Below are positions 7,741 through 18,461 of a stretch of DNA of 64,000 nucleotides, one piece after another. The position numbers were made by a program, and so were the translations under genes. Position 1 is the first letter of the stretch. Each line of letters begins with the position of its first letter. The DNA lies in NCBI GenBank assembly GCA_949282345.1, contig CASDOQ010000015.1:17488-81487 (forward strand). Direction: 5' to 3'. Under the pieces are notes generated by a model. The model had not been told where the DNA came from. It searched no databases and was given only the letters and a program-made list of their open reading frames with translations. This stretch comes from an uncultured bacterium (GTDB taxonomy: Bacteria > Bacillota > Clostridia > Oscillospirales > CAG-272).

Positions 7741-10113
7741 ATGGAAAAGAGTCAAGCCCCTGTCACAGAGCCCTGCGAGGCATTGCCGCTGGGCCTTACG
7801 TCCGAAGAAGTCCGAAGGGAGACCGAAGCCGGTCACGTCAACGTCACCAAGGAAAAGAGCGGAAAAAGCTATCTCCGCATCGTGACCGATAACCTCTGCA
7901 CTTTCTTCAACCTCGTCTGGGCCGTCATCGCCATCCTGATGATCTCGCTCGGCAGTTACAGTAACCTCACCTTCCTGTTCGTGATCATCCCGAACGTGCT
8001 GATCGCCATCATCCAGGAATGCCGGGCCAAGCACACGGTGGAAAAACTCTCGGTCACGACCGACCCGCGCGCCTCCGTTGTCCGGGACGGAGAACTCCGC
8101 ACCGTCAACGCAGAAGAACTCGTCCCCGGGGACGTGATGAAGATCGAGGTCGGCCAGCAGGTGCTTTCCGACGCGGTCGTCGTCAGCGGCCTGGCCGAAG
8201 CCAACGAAAGTATGCTGACCGGTGAATCCGACGCCATCAAAAAAACCGAGGGAGATCGCGTGCTGGCCGGCAGTTATCTCGTCAGCGGATGCATTTACGC
8301 CCGGGTGGTGAACGTCGGGCGCGACAATTACGTACATAAGATCGAAAAAGCCGCCAAGAGCTTCAGGGCTCCCGCCTCCGATCTCTTCCGAGATCTGAAC
8401 CGCCTGCTCCGGTATATCGCCATCCTGATGGTGATCTTCATCATCCCGCTTTATCTCACCAATCTGAAGTCGCTTCCCGTCGCCGGGAGCATCCAGCAGA
8501 CAAGCGGCGCCGTCATCGGCATGATCCCGGCCGGGATTTATCTGCTCGTCACCGTAACGCTGACGCTCAGCGTCATCAGTCTTGCCTCCAAAAAGACGCT
8601 GGTGCAGGATATGTACTCGATCGAAATGCTGGCGCGTGCCGACGTAGTCTGCCTGGATAAGACCGGCACGATTACAGACGGCACGATGTGCGTTTCCGAC
8701 CTCTGTCCGCTCGGAGAGCGGAGCGAGGAGGAACTGCGCCGGATCATCGCCAATCTGGAAGGCGCGGAGGAAAGCCTGAACGCCACCTCCCGCGCGCTGG
8801 TGGAGGCCTACGGGACCGCCCGGGACGGGGAGATCGAAGAGCGCATTCCCTTCTCCTCTGCGCGCAAATATTCCGCTCTGTCGATCGCCGGCTTCGGTTG
8901 CTTTTCGATCGGAGCGCCGCATTTCGTCCGTTGCCCCGTCTCCAAAGAACTGGACGAAAGGATCGAAGCCTACGCCCGGGAAGGAAAGCGCGTCCTTCTG
9001 CTTGCGGAACATCCCACCATCCGCGAAGAAGGCCGTCCGCTCGCACTGATCGCCGTGACCGACCGCATCCGTCCGAACGCCAAGGAAACCATTGAAAACT
9101 TCCAGAGCCAGGGCGTGACCGTCAAGATCATTTCCGGTGACCACGCCGCTACCGTCTCTTCGATCGCCGGGCGGGTCGGCGTCCTCGGCAGTGAGAATTA
9201 TATCTCCTGCGAAGGACTCACCGATGAAGAACTCGAAGCCGCCGCGGAAAGCCATGCCGTCTTCGGCCGTGTGACCCCCGAGCAAAAGGTCCTGCTGGTC
9301 AAAAAACTCAAATCGTTGGGACATACCGTCGCCATGACGGGGGACGGCGTCAACGATACGCTCGCCCTGAAAGAAAGCAACTGCGCCATTGCCATGGCCG
9401 AGGGGAGCGAGGTCGCCCGCAAAGTCTCGCAGATCGTCCTGCTGAACTCGGATTTCGCCACGCTTCCCGACGTTGTGCGCGAAGGGCGCCGCTGTATCAA
9501 CAACGTCCGCCAGTCCGCCACGCTCTTTCTGATGAAAACGCTCATGACCATCGGCCTGACGCTCTACACCATCATCGCTTCGCTCTTCACCAATCCCATT
9601 TATCCCTTCCAGCCCAAAGGGACGGTTCCGCTGGAATTCTTTGTGATCGGGATCGCCTCGGTTCTTCTGGCGCTTGAGCCGAACAACAAACGGATCGAAG
9701 GTTCCTTCCTGAAATCGGTCATTCTCCGCAGTTTCCCGAGCGCCGTTGCCCTGCTTTTCCCGCTTCTGGCTCTCAGCGTTCTGCATACTGCCGGCGTCTT
9801 ACCGGATGTGGACATCTATCAGGCGCTCTCGCTCCTTTCGGTCACGCTGGCAGGCTTTGTGAACCTCGTAGCCGTCTGTATTCCGTATACGAAGTTCCGC
9901 CTTCTCGTCGTGGTTGCCATGGGAGCCGGTCTTGCCGTTGCCGCCCCGCTCTCGATCCTCTTGCTCCGGGATATGTTCTCGGTCGCCTGCCTCTCCTCCG
10001 CCATGCCGGAGGCTCTTCTCGTGGCGGGAGGCAGTATGCTCTTCGCCGCGGCCGTACAAACGGTTTGCCTTCTCGTCAAGCGGAGAGCGCAAGCCCGCCC
10101 CCAAGCCGTCTGA
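7741..10113 (+). CDS. Cation-transporting P-type ATPase (HAD-IC superfamily)
   Basis: ATG 7741 follows GGAGGA. The protein has TGESD, the phosphorylation site DKTGTITDG, the hinge MTGDGVNDTLALK, and about 10 TM segments. Confidence 0.9.
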   Translation: MEKSQAPVTEPCEALPLGLTSEEVRRETEAGHVNVTKEKSGKSYLRIVTDNLCTFFNLVWAVIAILMISLGSYSNLTFLFVIIPNVLIAIIQECRAKHTVEKLSVTTDPRASVVRDGELRTVNAEELVPGDVMKIEVGQQVLSDAVVVSGLAEANESMLTGESDAIKKTEGDRVLAGSYLVSGCIYARVVNVGRDNYVHKIEKAAKSFRAPASDLFRDLNRLLRYIAILMVIFIIPLYLTNLKSLPVAGSIQQTSGAVIGMIPAGIYLLVTVTLTLSVISLASKKTLVQDMYSIEMLARADVVCLDKTGTITDGTMCVSDLCPLGERSEEELRRIIANLEGAEESLNATSRALVEAYGTARDGEIEERIPFSSARKYSALSIAGFGCFSIGAPHFVRCPVSKELDERIEAYAREGKRVLLLAEHPTIREEGRPLALIAVTDRIRPNAKETIENFQSQGVTVKIISGDHAATVSSIAGRVGVLGSENYISCEGLTDEELEAAAESHAVFGRVTPEQKVLLVKKLKSLGHTVAMTGDGVNDTLALKESNCAIAMAEGSEVARKVSQIVLLNSDFATLPDVVREGRRCINNVRQSATLFLMKTLMTIGLTLYTIIASLFTNPIYPFQPKGTVPLEFFVIGIASVLLALEPNNKRIEGSFLKSVILRSFPSAVALLFPLLALSVLHTAGVLPDVDIYQALSLLSVTLAGFVNLVAVCIPYTKFRLLVVVAMGAGLAVAAPLSILLLRDMFSVACLSSAMPEALLVAGGSMLFAAAVQTVCLLVKRRAQARPQAV

Positions 10114-10126
10114 TTCTCTGTTTTCC

Positions 10127-10165
10127 GGAACCGCCCTTCCTTCGGGAGGAGCGGTTCTTCTGCTC
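10127..10165 (+). terminator. Intrinsic terminator of the ATPase gene
   Basis: GGAACCGCCCTTCC-ttcg-GGAGGAGCGGTTC, followed by a T-rich tract. Confidence 0.55.
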
Positions 10166-10257
10166 TTTCTTCGTTTTTGTGTACAGGCGTTTCTTCATCA
10201 GATCGCCGTTTGTTAAAAATCAACAATTACAGCTTGTCTTTTTCCCCCTTCTGCCCC

Positions 10258-10286
10258 TTGATTTCGTGCGAAAAATGTGTTACACT
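10258..10286 (+). promoter_or_regulatory. Sigma-A-type promoter of the 10316 lipoprotein gene
   Basis: TTGATT (10258-10263), 17 nt, TACACT (10281-10286). Confidence 0.5.
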
Positions 10287-10315
10287 GAAATTAAATACAT
10301 ATTGTGAGGTGTTTT

Positions 10316-12460
10316 ATGAGATCGCGCATTCGCTTTTTGTTCGTATGCCTGGCCCTGCTCGGCGCACTGCTTCTGCTTGCCGGATGTAACCTAGACTTCG
10401 GCTCCGAAACGACCGCTGATCCCGGCACCACCACAAATCCGGGAACGACTACCGTCCCGGCAACGACCACTACCCCGGCAACGACCACTACCTCGGCAAC
10501 GACCGAGGCTCCCCCGGTGACGACCGAACCGCCGCGGGAATATGAAGAGGCCTACGTCTTTGACGGCAACCTCACCCCCTATCAGGTGCTGGTCGAAGAT
10601 GAAAAATACCGTGCCGCACAGGAAAAACTCTCTGCCGGATCCGGCATGACCGCCACGGATACTGCATCCGGGTACCTTGTTCGCCTCGGCAATGAGGACG
10701 GATTGGCCGCCGGAGATTATCACATCTATTTTGATAAGACCGATATCCGCATCTCGGCATCCGACGCCACGGGGGCCAACGCCGCCGTAGACGCCTTCCT
10801 CTCTTATCTGAAGAACGGGAAACTGACGATGAATCAATACGTACATATTCTCCACCGGGCCACCGCTCCGGCTGACATCACCTCTTTTGCCGATTACAAG
10901 ACGCGGACCGAGCTCGTCGGTACGACCGACAAAGATCCTCTCACCTATAAATACGACGAGGAGATCATCTTCCGCCTCCAGCTTCATCATATTACCTCGA
11001 TCAACGCCACGCAGAGCGATACTCAAAAGACCTGTCATACCTGGGAGCCGGCCGGATGCCACACCTTCTCGTATACCGTGATCGCCGACGACACCGATGA
11101 AACGCTGACCGGAACCGTTTCGGGCGAAAGCGGGGAATTCATCATCACGATCCCCGCCACCTTCACCCGCAATCCCGGCTCGGTTCGTCTTTCGGTGAAC
11201 GTGCTGGATGCCGACGGGAAGAAGATCTCCTGCCTCTACCGCAGCGGCGTCAACGGAACGAAGACCAATTCGAGTTACAGCTCCTACGTCGGCGGTGCCA
11301 TCGTAGAAGCCGAAAAGATCGACACCTCGCTTGATCTTGACGCAGATACGTTCCGGGAATTCTGGGAAGAGCGTATCAGCGAAGTTGTGAAATGCAACCC
11401 GACCCTCGTCCTGCTTGACGTCGACGGAAGACATAACTATTTCCATATCAGCAAAGCCGATAAAGAATACCTGGAAAAGACGATCGAGGCTTATGAAAAG
11501 CAAAGCCTCAGCCCGCCCGTCACCAGAAGCAACATCGATACGCTTCTTGCCAACTACGACATTTTTGAAGTTTTCCTGCGGGCGCCGGGAGACTATCCCG
11601 CCGTCGCTTACGTCACCGTCCCGAAGGGAACCGAGCCCAACAGTCTGCCGATCTCGGTCACGCTGAACTCCTACAGCGTCCGTGGGCCTTACGGCATCGG
11701 TTGCAGCGGTAGCTCGATCCAGATCTCGCTCAGCCCGATCGGGATGCCCGGTATTTATTACCGGGACGGCGAGTATACTTTCCCGCAGTTTGACTGCGCG
11801 GACACCAAGGGTTACGGCGTGACCGCGTCGGATTATGACCATCCCGAACGCGCCTATCTCGCCCGGATGCTCCAGCGCAATATTCAGATGCTTCGCTTCA
11901 TGACGGCGGGCAATGCGTATATCGCACAAGAGAGCTTGGTTCTTGACGAAGAGGAAGCCGCCGCATTTACCGCACTGCGCGCGGCCTATAACGGTAAGAT
12001 CATATTCACTCAGGGCGGAAGCATGGGAGGCTTCCAGAACGTAGCCACCGCCGCGCTGACCACCCTCTCGGGTGCGGACAAGAAAGGAAATCTGGTCACC
12101 CCCGTGAAGGGAACCGTCCTCTCGATGAATTTGCGTTGTCCCTGGATGTGTGACCCGGTCGCCATGGCCGGCAGAACCGATCGGATCGCCGGGCAGGGAA
12201 CCCGTGTCAGCACGGGAGAGCTGGTAATTGAAAATTACGCCCTTTTCGATACGGTTCTGTTTGCCCGTTTGCTCCCCGCCGGTTGTGAAGTCGTTCTGTG
12301 GGGCGGCTTTGCCGATACGACCTGCCCCTCCACCGGGATCATTGCACTGTGGAACAATCTCAAAGTAAAGAAAACTTTGTATATGAGCCAGAACATGGAC
12401 CACTCTGCCGATCGTCCGATGACCTTTATCACCGTGACCCGGGATGCCGAAGCGCAATAA
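10316..12460 (+). CDS. Secreted lipoprotein with Thr/Pro-rich linker and C-terminal acetylxylan-esterase (CE7/AXE1)-like alpha/beta-hydrolase domain
   Basis: MRSRIRFLFVCLALLGALLLLAGC has a lipobox. It is followed by a PGTTTNPGTTTVPATTTTPATTTTSATT linker. A nucleophile-elbow-like FTQGGSMGGFQN lies near the C-terminus, as in CE7 GGSQGG. Confidence 0.6.
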   Translation: MRSRIRFLFVCLALLGALLLLAGCNLDFGSETTADPGTTTNPGTTTVPATTTTPATTTTSATTEAPPVTTEPPREYEEAYVFDGNLTPYQVLVEDEKYRAAQEKLSAGSGMTATDTASGYLVRLGNEDGLAAGDYHIYFDKTDIRISASDATGANAAVDAFLSYLKNGKLTMNQYVHILHRATAPADITSFADYKTRTELVGTTDKDPLTYKYDEEIIFRLQLHHITSINATQSDTQKTCHTWEPAGCHTFSYTVIADDTDETLTGTVSGESGEFIITIPATFTRNPGSVRLSVNVLDADGKKISCLYRSGVNGTKTNSSYSSYVGGAIVEAEKIDTSLDLDADTFREFWEERISEVVKCNPTLVLLDVDGRHNYFHISKADKEYLEKTIEAYEKQSLSPPVTRSNIDTLLANYDIFEVFLRAPGDYPAVAYVTVPKGTEPNSLPISVTLNSYSVRGPYGIGCSGSSIQISLSPIGMPGIYYRDGEYTFPQFDCADTKGYGVTASDYDHPERAYLARMLQRNIQMLRFMTAGNAYIAQESLVLDEEEAAAFTALRAAYNGKIIFTQGGSMGGFQNVATAALTTLSGADKKGNLVTPVKGTVLSMNLRCPWMCDPVAMAGRTDRIAGQGTRVSTGELVIENYALFDTVLFARLLPAGCEVVLWGGFADTTCPSTGIIALWNNLKVKKTLYMSQNMDHSADRPMTFITVTRDAEAQ

Positions 12461-12474
12461 GATCTACTCGATGC

Positions 12475-12511
12475 AAAAACCGTCTGCCCTCGCGGCAGAC
12501 GGTTTTTCTTT
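12475..12511 (+). terminator. Intrinsic terminator
   Basis: AAAAACCGTCTGCC-ctcg-CGGCAGACGGTTTTTCTTT directly after the stop codon. Confidence 0.8.
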
Positions 12512-12595
12512 ACAGAACGGCTTTTGCAAAACGGCCGCGGCGGAAGACCCCGGTGACGGTCACGGAGCGGGTTTGTCCCCCGTCCGCGCGCAAAG

Positions 12596-12626
12596 AAAAA
12601 ACGGAGAGCATTTAGGGCTCTCCGTT
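12596..12626 (-). terminator. Intrinsic terminator downstream of tRNA-Lys
   Basis: The minus strand reads AACGGAGAGC-cctaaat-GCTCTCCGTTTTTT. Confidence 0.75.
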
Positions 12627-12627
12627 C

Positions 12628-12703
12628 TGGTGCTCCTGCGGAGACTCGAACTCCGGACACCTTGATTAAAAGTCAAGTGCTCTACCGTCTGAGCTACAGG
12701 GGC
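12628..12703 (-). tRNA. tRNA-Lys (anticodon TTT), CCA encoded
   Basis: The reverse complement is GCCCCTGTAGCTCAGACGGTAGAGCACTTGACTTTTAATCAAGGTGTCCGGAGTTCGAGTCTCCGCAGGAGCACCA. The anticodon loop is CTTTTAA. Confidence 0.9.
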
Positions 12704-12719
12704 ATTCACACGCCTCATA

Positions 12720-12748
12720 ATGATAGCACAGGCGGCGGAATTTGTCAA
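12720..12748 (-). promoter_or_regulatory. Sigma-A-type promoter of tRNA-Lys
   Basis: The minus strand reads TTGACA (12748-12743), 17 nt, TATCAT (12725-12720). Confidence 0.6.
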
Positions 12749-12899
12749 GGGATTTTTCAAACTTTCTCGGTCTTCTTGAGAAAAAAGGGCCGTGGAGAGG
12801 CGATGGATCCGAAAAAGCCGCCAAGGCGGGCCGACCGTTCGGCAAACGCCGACGGTCAGCCGCAAAAAAGCGCGAAAGAATGCCCGGCACGGCCGATCC

Positions 12900-14168
12900 T
12901 CAAAGCCCGAAGGTCCCGCCGTGAAAAAGCGAAGATTCGATCTTCAAGAGGCGGTTGTACTTGGCCACCCGCTCGCTCCGGCAGGGGGCGCCTGCCTTGA
13001 TCAGTCCACCGCCGGCCGCCACCGCCAGGTCGGAAAGCGTCGTATCTTCGGTCTCGCCGGAACGATGGGACAAAATATACCGATATCCGTTCCGGGCGGC
13101 TCTGTCGATCACGCGCAAGGTCTCCGTCAGCGTGCCGATCTGATTCGGCTTGATGAGGATGGCGTTGGCGGCGCGTGCGCGGATCCCGCGTTCCAGCCTT
13201 TCCTCGTTTGTCACGAAGAGATCGTCCCCCACCAAAGTCACCCGACCGCCGATCGCACGTGTCAACGCGCTCCAGCCGGAAAAATCCTCTTCGCCGAGCC
13301 CATCCTCCAGAGAAAAGATCGGATATTTCTTCGTCAGCGACCGCCAGTAGGTGATGAGTTCCTCTGTCGAATACCGCTTTCCTCTTTTCGGGAGCAGATA
13401 GCCCTCTCCCTCGGGGGCTACCCATTCCCCGGCGGCGGCGTCCAGCGCGATCCGCACCCGCCCGGTATCGTACCCCGCACGGCGGATCGCCTCGCACAGA
13501 AGTTCCAGCGCGGCTTCCTCGCCGTCAAGATCGGGCGCATATCCGCCCTCGTCTCCTACAGCCGTTGCCAGATGACGCTCCCGTAAGATCGTACCGAGCG
13601 TGTGGTAGATCTCACTCCCCATCCGCAAGGCTTCCGTGAAGCTCTCCGCCCCCACAGGGACCAGCATGAATTCCTGTATGTCCAGGTTGTTATCCGCATG
13701 AGCGCCGCCGTTCAGAACATTCATCATGGGGATCGGCAAACGGCAGGCCCTGGCTCCGCCGAGATACGAAAAGAGCGGAAGACCCAGTGCGCAGGCCGCG
13801 GCACGGGCGGCCGCCAGTGAGACAGAAAGGATGGCGTTTGCCCCCAGTTTGCTCTTGTCCTGCGTTCCGTCCAGAAGGATCATCGTTTCGTCCAATTCGG
13901 TCTGAGCCAGAACGTCCATCCCCGAAATAGCAGGCGAAATGATCTTATTGACGTGGTACACCGCCTCCAGAACGCCGCGCCCGCCGTAGCGGGACGAGGT
14001 GCCGTCCCGAAGTTCCAACGCTTCGTAGGTGCCTGTAGAAGCGCCGGAAGGCACGCTGGCCGTCCCCACGCATCCGTTGCTGAGAAAGACCGTGGTCTCA
14101 ACCGTCGGATTCCCGCGGGAATCCAGTATTTCACGTGCGCCGGCACGCACGATCTGTATTTTGCTCAT
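12900..14168 (-). CDS. eno: Enolase (phosphopyruvate hydratase)
   Basis: ATG 14168 follows [34 protein letters not shown]...[19 protein letters not shown]...[18 protein letters not shown] is canonical enolase. Confidence 0.93.
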   Translation of the reverse strand: MSKIQIVRAGAREILDSRGNPTVETTVFLSNGCVGTASVPSGASTGTYEALELRDGTSSRYGGRGVLEAVYHVNKIISPAISGMDVLAQTELDETMILLDGTQDKSKLGANAILSVSLAAARAAACALGLPLFSYLGGARACRLPIPMMNVLNGGAHADNNLDIQEFMLVPVGAESFTEALRMGSEIYHTLGTILRERHLATAVGDEGGYAPDLDGEEAALELLCEAIRRAGYDTGRVRIALDAAAGEWVAPEGEGYLLPKRGKRYSTEELITYWRSLTKKYPIFSLEDGLGEEDFSGWSALTRAIGGRVTLVGDDLFVTNEERLERGIRARAANAILIKPNQIGTLTETLRVIDRAARNGYRYILSHRSGETEDTTLSDLAVAAGGGLIKAGAPCRSERVAKYNRLLKIESSLFHGGTFGL

Positions 14169-14290
14169 AAAATTCCTCCGATACCGAGATATTGCCAGTA
14201 TACCCAAAGAAACGCCGGCACATACCCATGAACGGCGGCGGTCGTCTTTACATATACTGGAAAGAATCTCTCTTTTCCAAGGAGGTACTG

Positions 14291-15562
14291 ATGAAAATCT
14301 ACCGTGCTACTGCGCATGACTGTCTGCGGGACGTTGCCCGGACGTTGGGGATCTCCCCTCTCCGGCTTTGCGAGATCAACCGACACGCGCCGGACGATAT
14401 TCTGTGCGAGGGGGAGGCCATAGCCGTACTTCCCGCCGCCGCCACCTACATTGTCAAAAGCGGAGACGACCTGCGGGGACTGTCCCGCCGGTTTCACCTT
14501 CCGCTTTACCGGCTCTATCAGCAGAATCCGGCCCTCGGCGGGCGCGAGGAGATCTACCCCGGACAAACGCTGACCCTCTCCCTGACCGACCAGCCCGAAA
14601 ACGCGATCTCGGTCGTCGGGTTTTCTTCCCCCGGCGACCTCGGCGAACTTCCCCGGCTTCTTCCCTATCTGACTTATCTCGTTCTCTGCGGCGGAGGGAT
14701 CGACGGAGAATACGACTGCACCGCCGAAACGAAGCAAGCCATCCGGCAGGCACGGGCGGCCTCGGTGATGCCGCTTCTCGGCATTTCGGGAAGCGGAGAG
14801 CGCGACGGCGAAGCCGAAGAGCGGGAAAAACTGACGGCTCTGCTCAGCGATCCGAAAAAATGCGAGGCCTTTGCCGGGAGGCTAACTGCCGCTCTCGGTC
14901 ACGGGGGCTATGGCGGCGTATATCTCGATTTTTCCTTTCTCCCCCCCGAAGCCGAAGAGGCCTATACCGCTTTTGTGATCTGGCTCCGGCGGCGGTTGCG
15001 GTCGGTGGGAGCCATTCTCCTCGTCGGGCTTTGCCCGCGCAGTGAAAAAAGCGTCTCGCTCTCTCCCGGACAGAATTACGAAAAGATCGGCAGAGCCGCC
15101 GGCGGCGTGCTTTTAGAGACCTACGATCTGCTTTCTCCCGGAGAAGGCGCCGCTCCCGCCTGTCCGATCGACCGTCTTTCGGACTGCCTTGAATACGCCT
15201 GCGCCCGCATCCGTCCTTCCAAGATCTTTCTCGGTCTGCCGTTCTGCGGCTCCTGCTACACGCTGTCCGTTCCGGGAAATCCCATACATCCAGAACCCGA
15301 GGAATGCCGTCGCATGATCGCTGAGCACGGCGCAAAGATCGCCTTTGATCCCTTAGCGCAGGTGCCGTACGCCGCCTTTTCCGAGAACGGACTGGAAAAG
15401 ATCCTTTATTATGAGGATGCCGAAAGTCTCTTGGAAAAACTCATACTGGCGGCGCGCCACCGCATCGCGGGAATCGGGCTCTATCCTCTCACTTCCTGTG
15501 ATCCCGCCATGCTTTCGATGCTTTCCGCCGTCTTTCGTATCGTGAAAGCCTACGGTTGCTGA
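14291..15562 (+). CDS. LysM-repeat / glycoside-hydrolase-family-18 spore protein (YaaH/SleL-like)
   Basis: ATG 14291 follows GGAGG. There are two LysM-like repeats ([27 protein letters not shown] and [27 protein letters not shown]), then a GH18-like barrel. See the finding on the missing catalytic Glu. Confidence 0.7.
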   Translation: MKIYRATAHDCLRDVARTLGISPLRLCEINRHAPDDILCEGEAIAVLPAAATYIVKSGDDLRGLSRRFHLPLYRLYQQNPALGGREEIYPGQTLTLSLTDQPENAISVVGFSSPGDLGELPRLLPYLTYLVLCGGGIDGEYDCTAETKQAIRQARAASVMPLLGISGSGERDGEAEEREKLTALLSDPKKCEAFAGRLTAALGHGGYGGVYLDFSFLPPEAEEAYTAFVIWLRRRLRSVGAILLVGLCPRSEKSVSLSPGQNYEKIGRAAGGVLLETYDLLSPGEGAAPACPIDRLSDCLEYACARIRPSKIFLGLPFCGSCYTLSVPGNPIHPEPEECRRMIAEHGAKIAFDPLAQVPYAAFSENGLEKILYYEDAESLLEKLILAARHRIAGIGLYPLTSCDPAMLSMLSAVFRIVKAYGC

Positions 15563-15632
15563 GAGCGCCCGCCCGGGGCCGATTCTTGCCGGGATGGCAG
15601 AAGCCCCTCGGAGAACCTCCCCTCTTTGCGCG

Positions 15633-15670
15633 AAAGCCCCGCCGTCCTATGACGGCGGGGCTTCTGTTTT
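15633..15670. terminator. Bidirectional terminator between yaaH-like and tatD
   Basis: AAAGCCCCGCCGTC-ctat-GACGGCGGGGCTTCTGTTTT. Confidence 0.75.
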
Positions 15671-15696
15671 CGGGAAATGCCCGGCTATTTAGAAAA

Positions 15697-16497
15697 TCAG
15701 TCTTCCGGCGGGAGTGAAAAAGCGCGCAGGCTGTTCCGATAGAGCTGTGCACCGAGTGCCTCGGTACTCATCCCGTAGAGCTCTGCCAGGGCGGAAAGGA
15801 TCAAGGGAAGCCGCCCCGAATGGTTCAGCGTTCCGCGATACGGGTCGGGGCATAGATACGGGCAATCGGTCTCTATCAGGATGCGTTCGGGCGGCAGAGC
15901 AACCGCTACGGCACGCACCCGCGCCGCGTTCTTGAAGGTCACGGTTCCCGAGAACGAGATGTAGTATCCGGCTTCGATCAGTTCGCGGGCGCTTTCCGCG
16001 CTCCCGCTGTAACTGTGCAGGATCCCGCGCACCCCGGGGAAGGCTGCCAGCATTTTCAGTACGTCGCCGTGTGCATCCCGGTCATGTACCGAAACCGGCA
16101 TCGAAAGCCGTTCCGCCATGGCGAGCTGTTCCCGGAAGAAGAAGAGCTGTTTTTCTTTCTCGGTATCTTCATAATGATAATCCAGCCCGATCTCCCCGAG
16201 CGCCACCGCCCGGGAGGCGGGGTCGAGCAGAAGCGTTTCGATCTCGGAAAGCGCGGCATCGGCATCCGAAAGGCTCTGACAGTCGGTCGGGTGAATCCCG
16301 ATGGCCGTCAGCATACCGGGATGACGCGCGGCCTGGGAGATCGCCAGACGGGAGGTGGCGGGGGAAGTCCCCACGTTGACGATATGGGGGACTTCCCCGG
16401 TCAGGAGACGGTCGAGCAGCGCATCGGTTCCGCCCTCCCCCAATTCTTTTCTGAAGCGCTCGTCCCAGTAATGCGCGTGCGTATCGAAAAGGCGCAT
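15697..16497 (-). CDS. tatD: TatD-family metal-dependent hydrolase/DNase
   Basis: MRLFDTHAHYWDERF... contains the HxH motif. The protein is 266 aa. Its start overlaps the metG stop, matching the metS-yabD arrangement of Bacillus. Confidence 0.85.
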   Translation of the reverse strand: MRLFDTHAHYWDERFRKELGEGGTDALLDRLLTGEVPHIVNVGTSPATSRLAISQAARHPGMLTAIGIHPTDCQSLSDADAALSEIETLLLDPASRAVALGEIGLDYHYEDTEKEKQLFFFREQLAMAERLSMPVSVHDRDAHGDVLKMLAAFPGVRGILHSYSGSAESARELIEAGYYISFSGTVTFKNAARVRAVAVALPPERILIETDCPYLCPDPYRGTLNHSGRLPLILSALAELYGMSTEALGAQLYRNSLRAFSLPPED

Positions 16498-18437
16498 CAG
16501 CGGATCCGTTCACCGAGAGGGGTCTCTGGGTCAAGAAATACCACGCGCACCTGCTCTTCCCCGGAGGCGAGCAGCATCCCGCGGCTTTCGACTCCGCAAA
16601 GTTTGGCGGGGGCGAGATTCGCCACCACGACAACGGTCTTTCCGATCAGCTCGTCGGGCGTATAGAATTTTGCGATCCCCGAAACGATCTGCCGCTTCTC
16701 GTAGCCGAGATCAACCTGAAGTTTCAGCAATTTTTTTGCCTTCGGCACCGGCTCGCACGCAAGAACGCGGGCTGACCGCAATTCCACCTTTCCGAAATCC
16801 TCAATTCCGATCTCGGGTTCTCCCGCGGGCTTTTCAGGGGTTGCTTCAGCGGCTTCAGCGGCTTGCCTCTGCTCCAGCATACGGAAGAAGGCGGCCTCGT
16901 CCACCCGGGCAAAGAGCGTTTCGGCTTCTCCGAGCGGCTGTCCGACCTTTAACGCGCCGAAGGAGGAGATCGTTTCGTATGCGGTGACGTCGGTGCCGAG
17001 CTGAGCAAAGATCTTCTCTGCCGTGCCGGGCAGATACGGGGTCAGTAGCACGGCCGCCGCGCGGATGACCTCCAGGAGGTTGTAAAGAACCGTCCCGAGC
17101 CGCTCGCGCTTTTCGGGATCCTTGGCAAGCGCCCAAGGCATCGTTTCGTCAATATACTTGTTCGCGCGCCGAAGCATCGAAAAGATCTCTTCCAGCGAGT
17201 CGGCCACGTGGAAGCTCTCCATCAGGGCGCGGCTCTTTTCGATCGCCGCGGCGACCGCGGCCTTCAGCTCAGCATCCGGCCCCTCTTCGGTCCCGGGAGT
17301 CGGAACGATCCCGTCAAAATACTTTTTGGTCATGGCGTGCGTCCGGCTGACCAGATTCCCGAGGTTATTGGCGAGGTCGGTGTTATAACGGTTGATGACG
17401 TTCTCGTAGGTGATACTGCCGTCCGCCGCGTAGGGCATTTCGGCAAGCGCGAAATACCGCACGCCGTCCACGCCGAAGTCGCGCGCCAGATCATCCGCAT
17501 AAATGACGTTCCCGCGGGACTTGGACATCTTGTCCGTCCCCGAATTGAACCACGGATGACCGAAGACCTTTTTCGGCAGGGGAAGATCGAGCGCCATCAG
17601 GATGATCGGCCAGTAAATGGTATGGAACCGCAAAATATCCTTCCCGATCACGTGAACATCCGCCGGCCAGTACTTACGGAAGAGTTCGGGCTGCGTCTCC
17701 AGATCGGGGTCGTAGCCGAGGGCGGTAATGTAGTTGGAAAGTGCATCGATCCACACGTAAATGATATGTTTATCGTCAAAAGGAACCGGAATGCCCCAAC
17801 GGAAAGAACTGCGTGAAACGCAGAGATCCTGAAGCCCGGCGTGGAGGAAGTTGTTCAGCATTTCCTTCTTCCGCCCCTCCGGCTCAATGAATTCGACATG
17901 GTTTTCGATGTAATCGATCAGACGGTCGGCATACCGGCTCATACGGAAGAAATAGGCCTCTTCCCGGGTCTTCTGCACGGGTCGGCCACAGTCGGGGCAT
18001 ACGCCGCCGGCGGCCTGCGTATCAGTGAAGAATGCCTCGCAGGGCGTGCAGTACCACCCCTCGTAATATCCCTTGTAGATATCGCCTTTTTCGTAGAGTT
18101 TGCGGAAGATATGCTCCACGCTCTTCACGTGATAGTCGTCGGTCGTGCGGATAAATTTATCGTAGCTGGCACCCATCAGATCCCAGATCTTTTTGATCTG
18201 TCCCGAAACGTCATCAACGTACGCCTGCGGGGAGACCCCCGCTTCGTTGGCGAGATTTTCGATCTTCTGCCCATGTTCGTCGGTCCCGGTAAGGAAGAAA
18301 ACATCCTTTCCCATCTGCCGCTGGAAACGTGCCACCGCGTCGGTCATGATGACCTCGTAGGTGTTTCCGAAATGCGGCTTACGCGAACTGTACGCAATGG
18401 CCGTGGTGATGTAAAATTTTTCTTTGTCCTGTGCCAT
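16497..18437 (-). CDS. metG: Methionine-tRNA ligase
   Basis: ...YITTAIAYSSRKPHFGNTYE (HIGH-type), Zn knuckle CTPCE...CPDCG, KMSKSRGN (KMSKS), and a C-terminal tRNA-binding OB domain. Confidence 0.95.
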   Translation of the reverse strand: MAQDKEKFYITTAIAYSSRKPHFGNTYEVIMTDAVARFQRQMGKDVFFLTGTDEHGQKIENLANEAGVSPQAYVDDVSGQIKKIWDLMGASYDKFIRTTDDYHVKSVEHIFRKLYEKGDIYKGYYEGWYCTPCEAFFTDTQAAGGVCPDCGRPVQKTREEAYFFRMSRYADRLIDYIENHVEFIEPEGRKKEMLNNFLHAGLQDLCVSRSSFRWGIPVPFDDKHIIYVWIDALSNYITALGYDPDLETQPELFRKYWPADVHVIGKDILRFHTIYWPIILMALDLPLPKKVFGHPWFNSGTDKMSKSRGNVIYADDLARDFGVDGVRYFALAEMPYAADGSITYENVINRYNTDLANNLGNLVSRTHAMTKKYFDGIVPTPGTEEGPDAELKAAVAAAIEKSRALMESFHVADSLEEIFSMLRRANKYIDETMPWALAKDPEKRERLGTVLYNLLEVIRAAAVLLTPYLPGTAEKIFAQLGTDVTAYETISSFGALKVGQPLGEAETLFARVDEAAFFRMLEQRQAAEAAEATPEKPAGEPEIGIEDFGKVELRSARVLACEPVPKAKKLLKLQVDLGYEKRQIVSGIAKFYTPDELIGKTVVVVANLAPAKLCGVESRGMLLASGEEQVRVVFLDPETPLGERIR

Positions 18438-18461
18438 AAAAGCCTCCTGATGAAAGAGAAT

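Noticed and set aside
12510-12595. Possible small RNA between the two terminators at 12.5-12.6 kb.
   Set aside because: It shows only a short TTTTGCAAAA palindrome and GC-rich filler. There is no promoter and no convincing structure.
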